DNA from: the human T2T-CHM13v2.0 reference genome, Homo sapiens | Length of the DNA: 64,000 bases | Direction: 5' to 3' (one strand) | NCBI RefSeq assembly: GCF_009914755.1 | Contig: NC_060939.1 | Shown: one piece after another, positions 37,405-50,030 of the stretch | How positions within the stretch are numbered: position 1 is the stretch's first letter | How the letters are laid out: the number at the start of each line of letters is the position of its first letter | Program-made: the position numbers and the translations under genes | Notes under the pieces: model-generated | Told to the model about the DNA's origin: nothing | Database searches by the model: none | The model's input: the letters and a program-made list of their open reading frames with translations, nothing else

Positions 37405-40400
37405 ACATATATCCCACCATGCCTTTGCTTGCTGTCTCTGGAAAACCTGGGTCTCCCCGTGGGTTCAACCTCTTCCTGTCCATCCCAGAGCCCCTGCCCA
37501 TTCAAGACAAGCCAGCTCTTTGTGCCCAGTTCCTAGACTTCAGAAAATAAAAGCCTTTCATTTCTCCCGTGGAACAGATCTCAGGACACAGAACTCTCCG
37601 GGTTCTCTTCAGAGGAGAAGGATGAGGTTCCTTTAATTCTGTTTTCTGCAACTTTCTCTTTCAAATGAGTCTATAACATCATAAAGCACAATCAGTTTGC
37701 CCATTGGGCAATCCTGCCACATTCAAATTCCTCCTGGCAGTGTCTGGCATTATGCTTTTATTTCAGTAGAGCAGCTGGATAGATGGATAAAGGGAAGCTG
37801 GACATTCACCACTCCTGGTGAACTGGGCAATACTCTCAATGCCCCCCTCCCCCCATACGCACTGTCACTGCCTCCCACGCCTGCCGCCCAGGCCCATTGC
37901 CGGGCCTTGCTGTAGCTCTGCCCTGACCTCCTGGCTTCTGTAGCTCTTTATGTAACTGAGCACTAAGTGTTCCGTCTGGGAGGCTGGCTCCAAGGAATTT
38001 CTCATTTTCAGATATTTATGCCTTAAACTGAAGACCAAATACTGCTGGTTCTTTTCTCCTGTCTCCTCACGGCGTCATTAGTAGTTCTCAGGAGCTGCAT
38101 TCTGTAAGTGAATTTGCCAGCTTGTCACTGGTGAGTTCTAAGTTACCAATGACACTTGAAGAAATGCCCAGAATAACTCCAGCCAGCCAGCAATGCATAA
38201 CCAGGGAGACAGGAGCTCAGACACATGAATTTAGGGAGAACAGTGGGGATCTCATCTATAAAACCCTGGTAATGGCTTGTGTCTTTTTACAAGGAGATAA
38301 GAAAACTATTGTTGCTTCCATCCACCTTCTCAACACTCCTGGGAGGTAGATAACAAGCAGATGTCAGTGTTTTCCTGTTGCAGATGGGTACACTGAGGTG
38401 CAGGAAAATTACAAAAATTAAATATAGGTAAAGGTTGCTTAAGTGAATATATGCAAAGGGAAGTAGTGAGGTTGCAAAGAGATACTTTCATTTCTACACA
38501 CATTGATTCAGCTCTTTGCCCGGCATGCCTTTGGTATGGGTGACAGACCCAGGGATTAATGAAACAGGCTGCCCATTCGCAAAGAGCCGTAAGTCTGGTG
38601 GAAGGAGCAGACACACTTAGGCCAAGAATTTCACTGTTACATGTGCAGGGCTACCATGTACAGTTGTTCAGGTGCTCTACTGCACAAGGGTGCTCTGCTG
38701 AAGAGGCAGGTGGAAGGGGCAGGCTAGAAATCTAGCCCTTGCCCTGCTGGACGAGACTTTGCCCTGGTGTGGAGCTGGGACTCCCTGAGGAAGGGGCACA
38801 TTTTTCTAGTGGTAAAAAACCTGTATTGGGGATTTCTGGACTGTCCAAAGGACCCTAGCCCTAGATTTTTATAGCATTATCTCCTGTAAACCATTCAAAA
38901 TCCTAATCACAAATGGATAGCCTGATCATCAACAGCAGCCACCTGATTTGAGCTCTAGACTTTGCTTTGCCAATAAGACCCCGTGCCTCTTCCTTTCTCA
39001 GGGCTTCAGTCTCCCTGTGCACTGTGGGGATCAGCAAGATGGGTATGAAGGCCCTTCCTGCACCAGCAGTCCAGGTGAGTTTGCTTCTTGCAGAACGCTC
39101 GATGGGTGATGCTTCCCGCCTTTGTACTTGGGAGGCTGGTATGAGCAGAGAGAAATACCAGTAGAGGAAGGATATTCTAATGAGGGGATCTCAGATAAAA
39201 AGTCCAGGATTTTTATCAGGACAGAAGGGTGACCTGCACTCCACTGCCCAAAAGGCAGAGTTGGGCCAATGCTGGAGACCATTCTGGTGGGCAGGGCTGT
39301 AGGAAGTGTAGGCCAATTGGAAGGCCCAGGAAGCGGTGATTGGCATATAGAGATCAGCAGGGGGCCTAGGGGAGACTCCAGCTTGTGGGTTCCAGGCTCT
39401 TTTAGATTGTTCAGCAAGGCAAAGGTCAGGCTCAGAAGTAGGCATCAAGCAGAGGCATAGCGGGTGGAACACAGGGGCCTGGGGACACTGGCACAGCCTT
39501 TCTGGGTCTCTTTAACAACAATGGGTAAAGGGGTCAGGCACCAGCTGTGTCTGCCAGGAACCCAGATCCCAGCTTGGGGGCCCACAGATGAGGAATGCTG
39601 TGAACCCACCAGCTAAGAGGAGCCAAGGAAGGCAGAGGCCAAGAGCAAGTGGCAGGGATGGAAAATGTCCATGAGTGAGGCAGAGACAGTGTGGTACCCT
39701 GGACAGAGCTTGGGGTGGGGCACCTGAGCTCAAGGCTCGGCCCCAGCACTCTCCAGCTGGGTGACTTGGAACCAGTTACCCTCTCTGAAGTCTCAGTTTT
39801 CTCATCCATAAAATGGGCTAAAAAATCTTTGCTTTGCAAAGTGGTTGTGAGCATTAATGGTGTTGGATGTGAAGTCCCACCACAGGGCCTGGCTCATGGT
39901 AGACTTTAATAAACAATAGCTTCTATCAATCTGAATAAAAATCAGCTGGAGCGTAGTACAGGCATGAATAGGGAACAGCTTTCTAGCGCAGTGAAAGGGG
40001 ATGTTCTGCCTGCCCCTCAGTTTATTAAAATGCCACCTCTGCCACACATCTGGATGAACGGACTTGATGTCTAGCTTCTGTGGCTCCTTCCTTTACTAGA
40101 AAGGATTCTAAGTGAACCCATCACCAAATTTATCTTCTAAAGACAGTGACAAGCTGTATCCAGGGTAGCTGGAGATGGGATTTCTATTTTGGTTGTCGAC
40201 AGTGTCAAACAGATACTTGCAACATGCCGTCAAATTGGAATTGGACAGAAAGGACAGGAGATTCCAGCTTAGGCAAGAATCTCATACCTTTGTGAGGGGC
40301 ATATAGAAAAAAACCCGACGTGTGTCGGCATGTCCATGGGATGATCAGGCCAAGAAGCTCTGGGAGTTTCAGAGAGTACCGTTGATGACAAGACAGGAAC

Positions 40401-41769
40401 ATGTGGCTGTCACAGTGTGGGAGGAATTAACCACAGTTCTGTACACTGTACCATTTAATAAGCATCTCTTGTTTGATCTTCCCACAACCCCATGGGGGAG
40501 ATGCTGCCCCCATTCTACAGGCAGAGAAACTGAGGCTCCAAGAGGATAATAGACTAGGCCAGGGTAATAATACACTGAGGAAAGGGTGATGCCTGGACTG
40601 GAACCCAGGAACCTGATCCTAACAGCAGGATAATTTCTACACAGGCACACTACAAGGCCTGTGTCTTGCTAAAGGCAAGCTGTAGGGAGCAAAGCTAATG
40701 GTTCAGGTCTGGGTTTCCCCTCTCTGATTTATTTCTATTTATTGTATTTTCTACTTTTTGATTCCATATGGGAATATTAGACCAGAGTGTGCTGGCTCCT
40801 ACTGAAAACTCTGCACAGCCTTCCCTGCCCCACCCAGATGGGTTGAGGCCCCTGGTTGTATTCTCACAGAATCCCTCGTGCTTCTCCTTTGAAGCCCATA
40901 TCACAGGTGGAATTACTTAAGCCCTTGTGGCCTGATTTGTTTAGTGTCTTCCTCAGTATACTTTAAGCTCCCTGAAGACAATCATATCTTTCTGCTTTAC
41001 CCCAGAGCTTAAAATGATCCCTGGTACATAGTAGCTGCTAAGCCAATGACGACAGCTTTCCCTTGGAGGGAGAGTAGAATTTGGTCCAGAAGAGATGGGT
41101 GGTGGCCACTCCAGATGGAGGGGCAGGCCTGGTTGGGAGAAAAGCCCCAACTGAACATCCACTTTGTCCACATCCTCTTCGTATGGAAAGTGCAGGGCCT
41201 GACACATAGTAGGTGACAAATAAAGATTGATTGATTTAATGAATGAATAAAAATCAGAAGTAAATTCTGTCCAGGGTTCTCTGTTCCTATTAGTTTCTTT
41301 GCATGGCCAGTTTGAGTGTAATTTGCTCAAGCATACATGGCTCAAGGGGCAAGAATGCAGGGAACTTATAGGGGGCTCTCAGGCGTCATATGTTTTATAT
41401 ACATGTTTCATTATCCTAAGAATAGGATAATGAAAGAATCCTACAGGATAACAGTAAGAACCTTCTGGGCTTATAATGATGGGTCACTTGGGATTCCAGG
41501 GGTTAAAGATTGGATACTGGCTTAGACTGATGGGAATGGTGACTGGATGTCTAACCTCACCCTGCAGGGTTCCTGACTGCTTGAAACTCCTTTGCCTCAA
41601 ACCTGAATTGGTCCAGCACCTGGGCAGTGGGGGACTGGGCTGAATAGACTGACATAAGCCTTCTTGTACACAATCCGTTAGGGCAGGATGCCTTAAGGTG
41701 TGGGCAGCAGGGGAAGCAGACACTTACTCATGGTAAGGACAGAGATGAGGTGGATCAGTGCAATAAAGT

Positions 41770-42205
41770 ATGCATAGTTCTGTGGTATATTTGTATCCAA
41801 CTCCTTTCCTGCCACAGGACCTTTGCGTGTGTTATTCCCAATTCTTAGCCTCCCTTTCACCCCTTTGCAAGACTAGCTCCTTTTTGTCCTACAGGCCTCA
41901 GCCTATTTTTTGTTCCTCAGAGGAGACTTTTATGACTGCTGTATTATAAATAGATCTCCCAGTTTCTCTTATTCTCTTTCTTAGTCTTTTATTTGTTGCT
42001 TTCATTATACATATTAGAATTTGTAATCATTTTACTTATTTCTGTTTACTTGTATACTTAAAAATCTATTTTCCCCCCTAGAATGTAAACTCCATGAGGT
42101 CAGGGCCATGTCTATTTTGTCACCATTGATTCCCTGTGCCTAACAGTGCCTGGCAGAGCAGGCAGCCATCAGCCTGGCAGGATGTTTGATTGATTGAATG
42201 AAGAA
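41770..42205 (+). mobile_element. L2 3' end
   Basis: ccacaggacctttgcgtgtg...ctagaatgtaaactccatgaggtcagggcc...gtgcctaacagtgcctggca...ttgattgaatgaa. Confidence 0.8.
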
Positions 42206-42999
42206 TTACGTAACTGATCAAGGTTCCCTTTGAACTTTGGCTGCCTAGAAATTCAGAGCTAAAATTTTAATGCAGCTTTAATAACTGTCTAGGTCATTAA
42301 GATGTGCATTTCTGAGTGCTGACCTTTTATCTGACTTTCCTTGCTCAGTGGACCTTGGTTTAATTCGCCTATGTAACTGATGCTTATAATTTATGGTAAG
42401 AATCACACTTTCCCTCATGATTTCAAGCAAACATGTCACTGCAGGCCAGACATGTTATCTTTTTGTACTTTCCAGAACACAGAACAGTGTAAATAGGTGC
42501 AACAGAGCTATGATCAATGATGTTTTCTCTTCATCAGGACTGCCTTTAGCAATAACTCTTTGGCTAGGCCCTGGTACCTTTGGGGTTCAGGCCTCCTAGG
42601 GGAGCCCTGTGATGGGTGATGGTTCTGCCACAAGTGGACAAGGGCCACAGCTATTCTACATAGAACTTTTGTGCAAATTAGAAAAAGGTGCCCCTTTTTG
42701 TAGCACTGTGCAAAAGCAAAAGGTTTGGGAAATAGGGTGTTGGCTGGATTTCAGTCCCTCCTTGCTGCCTTGGCTGGATATCTTTGTGAAGTAAACAACC
42801 TGAATCACTGTACATGGTGGTCTTGACTGGAAAGGTCTCTAAGGCTGGGGAGGACCCTACTTGGCTTGGTATTTGGAGCCCTGTCTGTAGGGGCTGCCCA
42901 GCAGACAGGGCTTCCTGTCGTCAGTCATTGCCTCCCCCAATCATGTCAGAGTCTGCTCAACCCTTTGGAAAATATGGCTGGGAGGGGACAAGGGGCTTG

Positions 43000-43645
43000 G
43001 GGAGAGATGAGCATTTGTCAGGTGTCTAGCACTAGGCCAAGTGCTGGGCATATAGCGGTGAGTATGACCTGGTCTTTTTCTCACTGTCTGATGAAAGGAT
43101 AGATGGGCAAATAAAGTGGGAACAAATTCTTACAAGTAAATGAGTGCAGAGATATGGGAACGGAGAGAGGAGCAGCCTACCTCAGGAGTCATGAATGGCT
43201 TCTCAGATGATACGCTTTATGACTTCGGTCCTTAGAGGAGTTCCCAGGCCAATCAACAAAGGAAAGGGCATTCCAGGCAGGAGAAACAGCAAGTACAAAG
43301 GCACAGAGCTCTGAGACTGCATGGTTAGGTCTAGGAACAGAGGCTGCCCAAGATGCACGAATGTCCTCCGCCCACACACCCAACTCCTATCCACCTGACG
43401 AGGTCTAATGTTACCTCTTCTGTGACGCCTTCCTTTGCTCACCCAGGCCCCTTCCCCTTAGTCTCCGTGGTGCACACCTCATAGCACCTGACACCACATA
43501 CTACCGTCATTTACTCCTCTGGGCTCTCACTAGAGCCTGAGCTCCCTGAGGGCTGGGGCCGCCCCAGCCTCACCTTTGTGTCCTTTTTTTCTCACACAGT
43601 GCCAGGCACATGTCAAGGGATAGAAAATGACTTACATGAATGAAT
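43000..43645. mobile_element. Two L2 fragments in opposite orientations
   Basis: Antisense gggcattccaggcaggagaaacagcaagtacaaaggcacagag (~43265); sense ctgagctccctgagggctgggg...gtgccaggcacatg...atgaatgaatga (~43540-43645). Confidence 0.65.
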
Positions 43646-43949
43646 GATCAGTGTGTTTGAAGCAGAGTGTAGCAAAGCCAGTTTGGAAGCCAACCAGGAG
43701 AGGAATTCTGGGTCTTGTAATGCCATGCAAGGGATTCTGGACTACAGGCATTGGCATCAAAAGTTTGGGGCAGAGGATGTCAAGGTCACACCTGTTCTGT
43801 GGCAGGTATCAGGGTGTTCAATCTGGAAGGCAGATCCCAGCTGTAAGATGCACAAGCCTGTGACCCTCTGGGTCATGCAGGTGCCTTAGTGCACAGAGCA
43901 GAGTCCAGGGAGGAGACCTCAAAAGATGGGAGAAGCACAGGGCTATCTC

Positions 43950-44315
43950 GACCAGGGCATCTTTGACTACAGATGACAAACAGTAATGCCTTGTGTTATC
44001 TCACCTGACACGAAGTCCAGAGATAGGAGAGTTTCCAGGGAAACAGGGCTCAATAGTATCATAATCTCATGGAGGTTCCCTCCATCTCCCTGCCTTGTGA
44101 CTTCACTTTCAGCTTCATTGCAAGATGGTGGCAGCAGCTCTAGGAATCACACCCAGATCCATCACCGTCCAATGGTTTAAGAGTTATTCCTTCTGCCGTC
44201 TCCTTCCTAAGAGCAAGGAATCTTTCCCCAGAAGTCCCCTGACAGACCTCCCCTGACATCTCATTGGCCAGAGTTGGGTCACATGTTCACCCTTGCACCA
44301 ATTACTACTAAGAGC
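43950..44315 (-). mobile_element. MLT1-type LTR fragment
   Basis: ttgcaagatggtggcagcagctctagg...cccagaagtcccc...catctcattggccagagttgggtcacatg. Confidence 0.65.
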
Positions 44316-45587
44316 CTCATGATCGACTTAGACTTATCAGATGCCAGGCCTGGGGCTGCCTTTCCCTATAGTAATTGGTGTGGCCTGGCAGAGGAGAGGA
44401 TGCTGAGCTGCAGAGGACCCCGACCCAACTTCTAGACCCTGAGCTGGGGGTGTGTGCGTGAGGATGAGCAGTGAACCCCTCCAGGGGGTGCAGGGGAAGG
44501 ACATCCTCAGCAAAGCCACCACTCAGGTGGAAGGGGAGAGGGAAGGAGTTTGTTTGCCAGGGCACGAGGATTTAGGGGCATGGCTGATGGGAAGGCTGGG
44601 GAGGGAAGTTGCAGAGGGCGAATGGGTGAGATGGGGAGGCTGGGAGGCAAGCATTAGAGGAGAGGCTAGCACGCTAGGATGGTCCCACAGGCGGGTGAGA
44701 AAGGCTTTCCCGTCGGCCTCAAGCGCTACATTATGTGCTGGCTGGGAGTGAGGTCCTGCGGTCACGCTGGGGGCTTGATGACTTAGCAGTCTGGGCTGGG
44801 CCTCGAGGGGACAGGTGTGGCTGAGGCTTGGTCTGTAGGAGGGAGGCTGTGAGGGGCGGGAGACTGCACAGCCTGTTTCAAACACTCCGCCCACAAACCA
44901 CACACTCGCATACTCATACACACGCAGCCTTGCCATTTACAATGGTAAACTCCTCAAATGGCACAACGCAGCTCTTTGCCCAAGCAACAGAGGAAAGGCC
45001 CTGGTTGTTATTGAGAGACATATAGGGGAATTATTTGTATCTAACTGTCCTCTTGACATCTTCACTTGGACATCTCAAAAGCTCTCAGAGCCCATGCCTC
45101 TCAGCCAGGACGGCTAGAACAGCTGGGGACTGGCTGGAGGCTCTTTATGTCCATGGTGTCTCTTCAGCAGTGTGTCAGAGATTTTTACAAGGTGGCTGGC
45201 TTCCAAGAGGGCAAAAGAGTGGAAGCTGCAAGCTTTTCAAAGCCTGGACTGAGAAGTCCTAAAATATCACTTTTATTTTTCTGATCAAAGCAAGGCATAT
45301 GGCTGGGCAAGCCCAAGGCCAGCCAGAATCAAGGAGAAGGGAAATAGACTCCATCTCTTGAGGAGAGGAGTGGCAGGTGTAACCAAGAATGAGAAGGATA
45401 GTAGGTGGCTCTCTCTGGAAACAAAAGTGCCACAAAACTGGTGAGCAGCAGAGTTGAGGCTCCAGCCCATGCCTGTCTAGTGCCAACTGCACACCACCAC
45501 ACCATTGATCAGATCATGGACTTCTCAAGCTTTGGATTTGGACCACTGAATAACTCTTGAAATCATCCAGTGGTCCAAATCCATCAC

Positions 45588-46150
45588 TGTCTTAACCTGG
45601 GTTTTCTTAGAAGCAGGACATGAGGCCCAATTTGAGTATAAGTGGTTTATTTGAAAGGTGACCCCAGGAAGCCCTAATAGGGAAGAATTATGACAGGGAT
45701 GGAGGGATGGAAACCATTAAAGAGTGCCAATGAGAAGGTTATGTTGTAGGCACCTGGACTTCAGTCTTGCTGGGATTCTGGGAGGTGGTCCAGAACACAC
45801 CTGAGGGGCCAGGAAGCTGGGGTGTTTATTCTTCCGCTTCCCACTCTGGGGCCAAGATCCCATCCTAGACCCATAGAACTTCTGTTTGAGCTGATACTTC
45901 TTTTCATGCTTGTTCAGGATACCTTCATTCACTGGCTCCCAGTTATGGAGGCTTCTTATTGTTATGGCCCCTGGGCTGGAGAGGCTGTATTGCACCATGG
46001 AGTCACATGCAACAACCCAGTCAGGCTCTTTAGCTGCTAATAAGACTCCAGACTCTCCCAGAGCCAAACGTATTTCCTCTGCTTGGATCTCTGGGCTGTC
46101 CCTGCATCTAAAAACCCAACAGTGTCTTCTGGCTGCAAGAGCTGGAATTA
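45588..46150 (-). mobile_element. LTR33/LTR16-like ERVL LTR
   Basis: tgtcttaacctgggttttcttagaagcaggacatgagg...gtataagtggtttatttgaaaggtgaccccaggaagc. Confidence 0.65.
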
Positions 46151-46169
46151 GAAATTGTGATAGACTGTT

Positions 46170-46662
46170 ACTTTGCAGCTGTTGGAGAATTATGCCTCCC
46201 AGTATTTCTGTTCTTGTGTAGTCTCCTTCCACATAGACTTGAGCTTGGCCATGTGATTTGCTTTAGCCAATGGGACATTAGCAAATGTGATGCAGGCAGA
46301 GGCTCCATAAGTGCTTGCACATTGGGCCTTTTCCTCTTGCTCCCCAGCCACCATACTGTGAGGAAGTCCAGGCCATCCTGCTGGAAAGAGAGATCATATG
46401 AAGAAAATACACCGTGAGAGAGATAAGCCACAGGGAGGAGCCCTGAGCAATCAGACATGCGATCTGTATCTTCCAACCCAGCCCAGTCACCAGTCACCAG
46501 TCAAATGCAGTGAAGAGACAATACATGAACTGCAATACAGAGCAATACAGAAGAACCGCCCAGCTGGGTCTTGTCTGCATTTCTGACCTTCAGAATCTCC
46601 AGCAAACAAGATGGTTCTTGTTTTAGGCCACTGTGTTTTCTAGAAATAGATAACTGAAACAG
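46170..46662 (+). mobile_element. MLT1-type LTR
   Basis: gagcttggccatgtgatttgctttagccaatgggacattagcaaatgtgatgc...gttttaggccactgtgttttctagaaatagataactgaaaca. Confidence 0.75.
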
Positions 46663-49399
46663 CACTGCGGGCCTTGCTACCCATATGCATCTTTGTAGCT
46701 TCTGCTTCCTAAGTTTACTGACACCACACTTCTTTCCCTCTGTAGGTTGAGAAAATGCTTATTGAAAGACACTCAGCACCCAGTTTGAGGAAGCAGGGAA
46801 TTAGGACAATGAGTGCTGAGTGCTGCCTCTTTGGTTCCGGGCAAGATGGGAGTGGTAGAGAGGTAATTGCACGTGTTTGATGGTGCTACCCAGCAGAGAT
46901 GCCCACTGATGCCACTGAAATTCTCAACAAGGAGTGTGGTGAGTTCTCTGCCTCACTGTGGGGTTCTGACTTCTCACTCAAAAGCAAGAATTGAATGCTC
47001 AACTCTAGGCATGGCCTAGGAAGGCCACAAGGAGCTCTGAGTAATAGGCCAGCTTAAGATCCCTTTACCAACTGGTGAGAGCTGGAAGACCTGCCTCAAC
47101 AGGGGGCTCAATTGGACCCAGGTGCTGCTGACAATCTTGTCTTGGCTGCTAAAAATCAACTGAGAAGACACAGATACAGCTGAAATCCCAGGGCTACATA
47201 AAAACAAAAGCAGAAAACAGTATTAGGGACTAATCATCCTGTAGGGTTTCTCAGTGAGTTCCATTGCTATTTGTGTCCAAAAAGCATTACTGAATGAAAA
47301 TGTCACGTCTGAGCACTGAGTTTTGCATCCAGTGGTGAATGCGTACCCAAACTACAGGGGAAAATTTTTAATTCCCATAAAAATATGCAAAGTTACTAAT
47401 TAAAAATCTTCCCCATCCACATTAAGATCACCAAGTGAGTAAATCTCACAAGCTGATGATTGTACCCAGTTCAGATTTTATTAATAAAATCTAATTTGTT
47501 TTCCCAGTTTTATGGATTAGATTCCCTCGTTATGTTATTTATTCCTACCACCTTTTCTTCTTGAATCACAAAATAAATGTCAATTTCAGAAGTTAGATGG
47601 TGAATATTCATCTCTCTCCCTAGAATATTGTGGGTGGGAGGCTTTTTTTCCTGATTTAGAAGGGGAAAAAAATCACAATTTAAATATGAAGTACGCATAA
47701 AAGAATTGAAAAGGTATTATAAAATGTTCTTTTTTTAATTCTCTTTTTATCTCCATTCCCTGCTCTCATTATTCTTCTCCCTGTAGAAGACCATTCTAAT
47801 ATATTTAATGAGTATTGTTTTGTTCCTATGTCTTCCTGGAAATGTGCACTGTTGTTTTGTAGGCATGTGTTTAAAATTGTTGTTACTAGTATTATGTTAC
47901 AGATCCCATTGTTTCTTCCTTTTTTTAAAATTCAGCACTGTGTTTCTAAGATCTATCTATGTTGCTATATGAACATCTGATCTACTGATTGTAACTGCTG
48001 TAGGGTACTCCAGGAAGTTCATTCTCCACATTTCACCTATTAATTCTGCCGGGGATGGACACTCTAATGGCTTCCAACCTTGGCCACATTAAGAAACATT
48101 ATACTGAACATCCTTGTTCATGTTCCCTAACAAGCCCAATAAAATAAATGTCCATGCATTTACTCATGGATCATAGTGTAAGTTCACACGCCTTTATGTG
48201 GTACCCAAAAATCCAGTAAACACACTGATTTATAAAGCTGAATTTAGATTTCTTAAATTCTGTCTTCATTGTCATAATGAAAATGTCCAAACAGCTCAAA
48301 GAGTTAACATTGTGACTTTGAAAGTGCAGATAATAATTTTAGAAAAAAGTTATCTCCGAATTAATCAATACATACCCTGCGAGGGAAAAAAATGTTAAAA
48401 AACCAAATGTGTTGTATTCATTCAAAACAAACATGCATTCACAGTAAAAATTTCCTAAGATTTGTGTAATTACAGTGCATTTTCCCAGTTGAGCAATATT
48501 ATGATTTGTTGGAGGGGGCTACAAAGCCACTGAGCAAATGGATCACATGTGCCCACATTTGCTAGTACATGGTCTGTTCACACAGCCTGCTTCTAAAACA
48601 ACAGCATTCTTGCTTTTCTTTTCAGTTTTAGCTCCTACTTGAAAAAGTCAGATACAACTATAGACATAGGGTGGCTCTTAACCTGCCTTCTTTCTCCATG
48701 GGAGGTTACAATTTTATGCAGTGAATCGCTCTTGCTTGTCAAAATGTCCAACAGATTCAAAAGAAGTATTTTTCAATGTATTATTTTATTCTTTTTCCAG
48801 GATCTGACATTCTTGGTTCATATTGCCATTTGCATCTGACAGCTCCCTGTTAAGCTCCCAGCTCAAACTATAGAGACCTGCTTGCTTGGGAGTCTGTGGC
48901 CATTCCATGGTCATCTCAGCAAAGTCTTTCCCCTTAAGTTTAGCAGGTCTTTATTTCTTTTGTGACCTAGCTCCAGCACTCTCAAAGGATTCAAATGGGG
49001 CAACAGACTTTCATATTTTCAATCTCTCTCTTCGAATGACTCCTTCTCCAGTCTCCATTTTGTCATGTAAGCCTCCATTTTGACTCTTGCCATTATAGAT
49101 GTAGGAAAAAAGAGTTTTTTCAGAGATTCCTGAGCCCTCCCAAATTGTTGGGAGAGTGAATCATCTGAGCTTTGGTTTGGCCAACCCTCTGCCCCTCAAT
49201 GTGCACGTGGGGAGAGTTTTCCTGGAGCTGGCTAAGCCCCCAGCACAACAAGGACCATCTGGGTACACTTGGATCACAGTTTCTCAGGCCTTACCCCTCA
49301 TATCCTTCCTACTAAATCTGAAGCCTTGAAACATTTCCCCCTTTCTTCCATCTCTTATGATTTAGAATAGCTCTCCCCAATTCGTATAGAAGCTTCCTT

Positions 49400-50030
49400 T
49401 AAAAAATATGTGCAACAATAGCTGGAAAATTTTTAGAGATGGTTAATAAAGAAAGGGAGCTTTCCCAACCAGATGTGAAAGTGCCTTGAGCTATGGTAAC
49501 TGATACAGTTTAAGACTGCCACATGAATTGATACATAAGTGGAAAAGAGGAGAAAATCTTAACAAAGACCAAGAAACTAGAAGGATTCAGCATACGGAGA
49601 TGACAGCATCTCAAATCAGTGATGAAAAGTTGTGTGATACAATATACAATGTTAGGAGTACTGGTTAATCATTTAGGGAAAAAAGAATTAGATCCCTACC
49701 TCACACCAGATAGGTGAAACATCTAAATGTTAAGAAAAGAAGAATGAGAGAAAGAAGTCATCAGTATACTAGAGAATATTGGTGAATATATATACAACCT
49801 CAGAATGAGAAAAGCCTTCTAAAAGCACAGGAACAGAGGCAAAAAGCCATACAGGAATATCAACAGATTTCACTAAAAACAAAAGCTAGGCACTTCTATA
49901 TCTATAAACCCCCCATCATAATAAAGACTTAAAGGTAAAATAAAATGGGGAAAAATGTAGCATAGATGGCAAATTATTAATATAATTAGTATATTAAGAC
50001 TTGCCACCAATCAATAAGCATAAAGTTGAG
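49400..50030 (+). mobile_element. Old L1M ORF2 fragment
   Basis: A-rich; attagatccctacctcacacca, cagcatctcaaatcagtg..., gagaaaagccttctaa. Confidence 0.65.
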
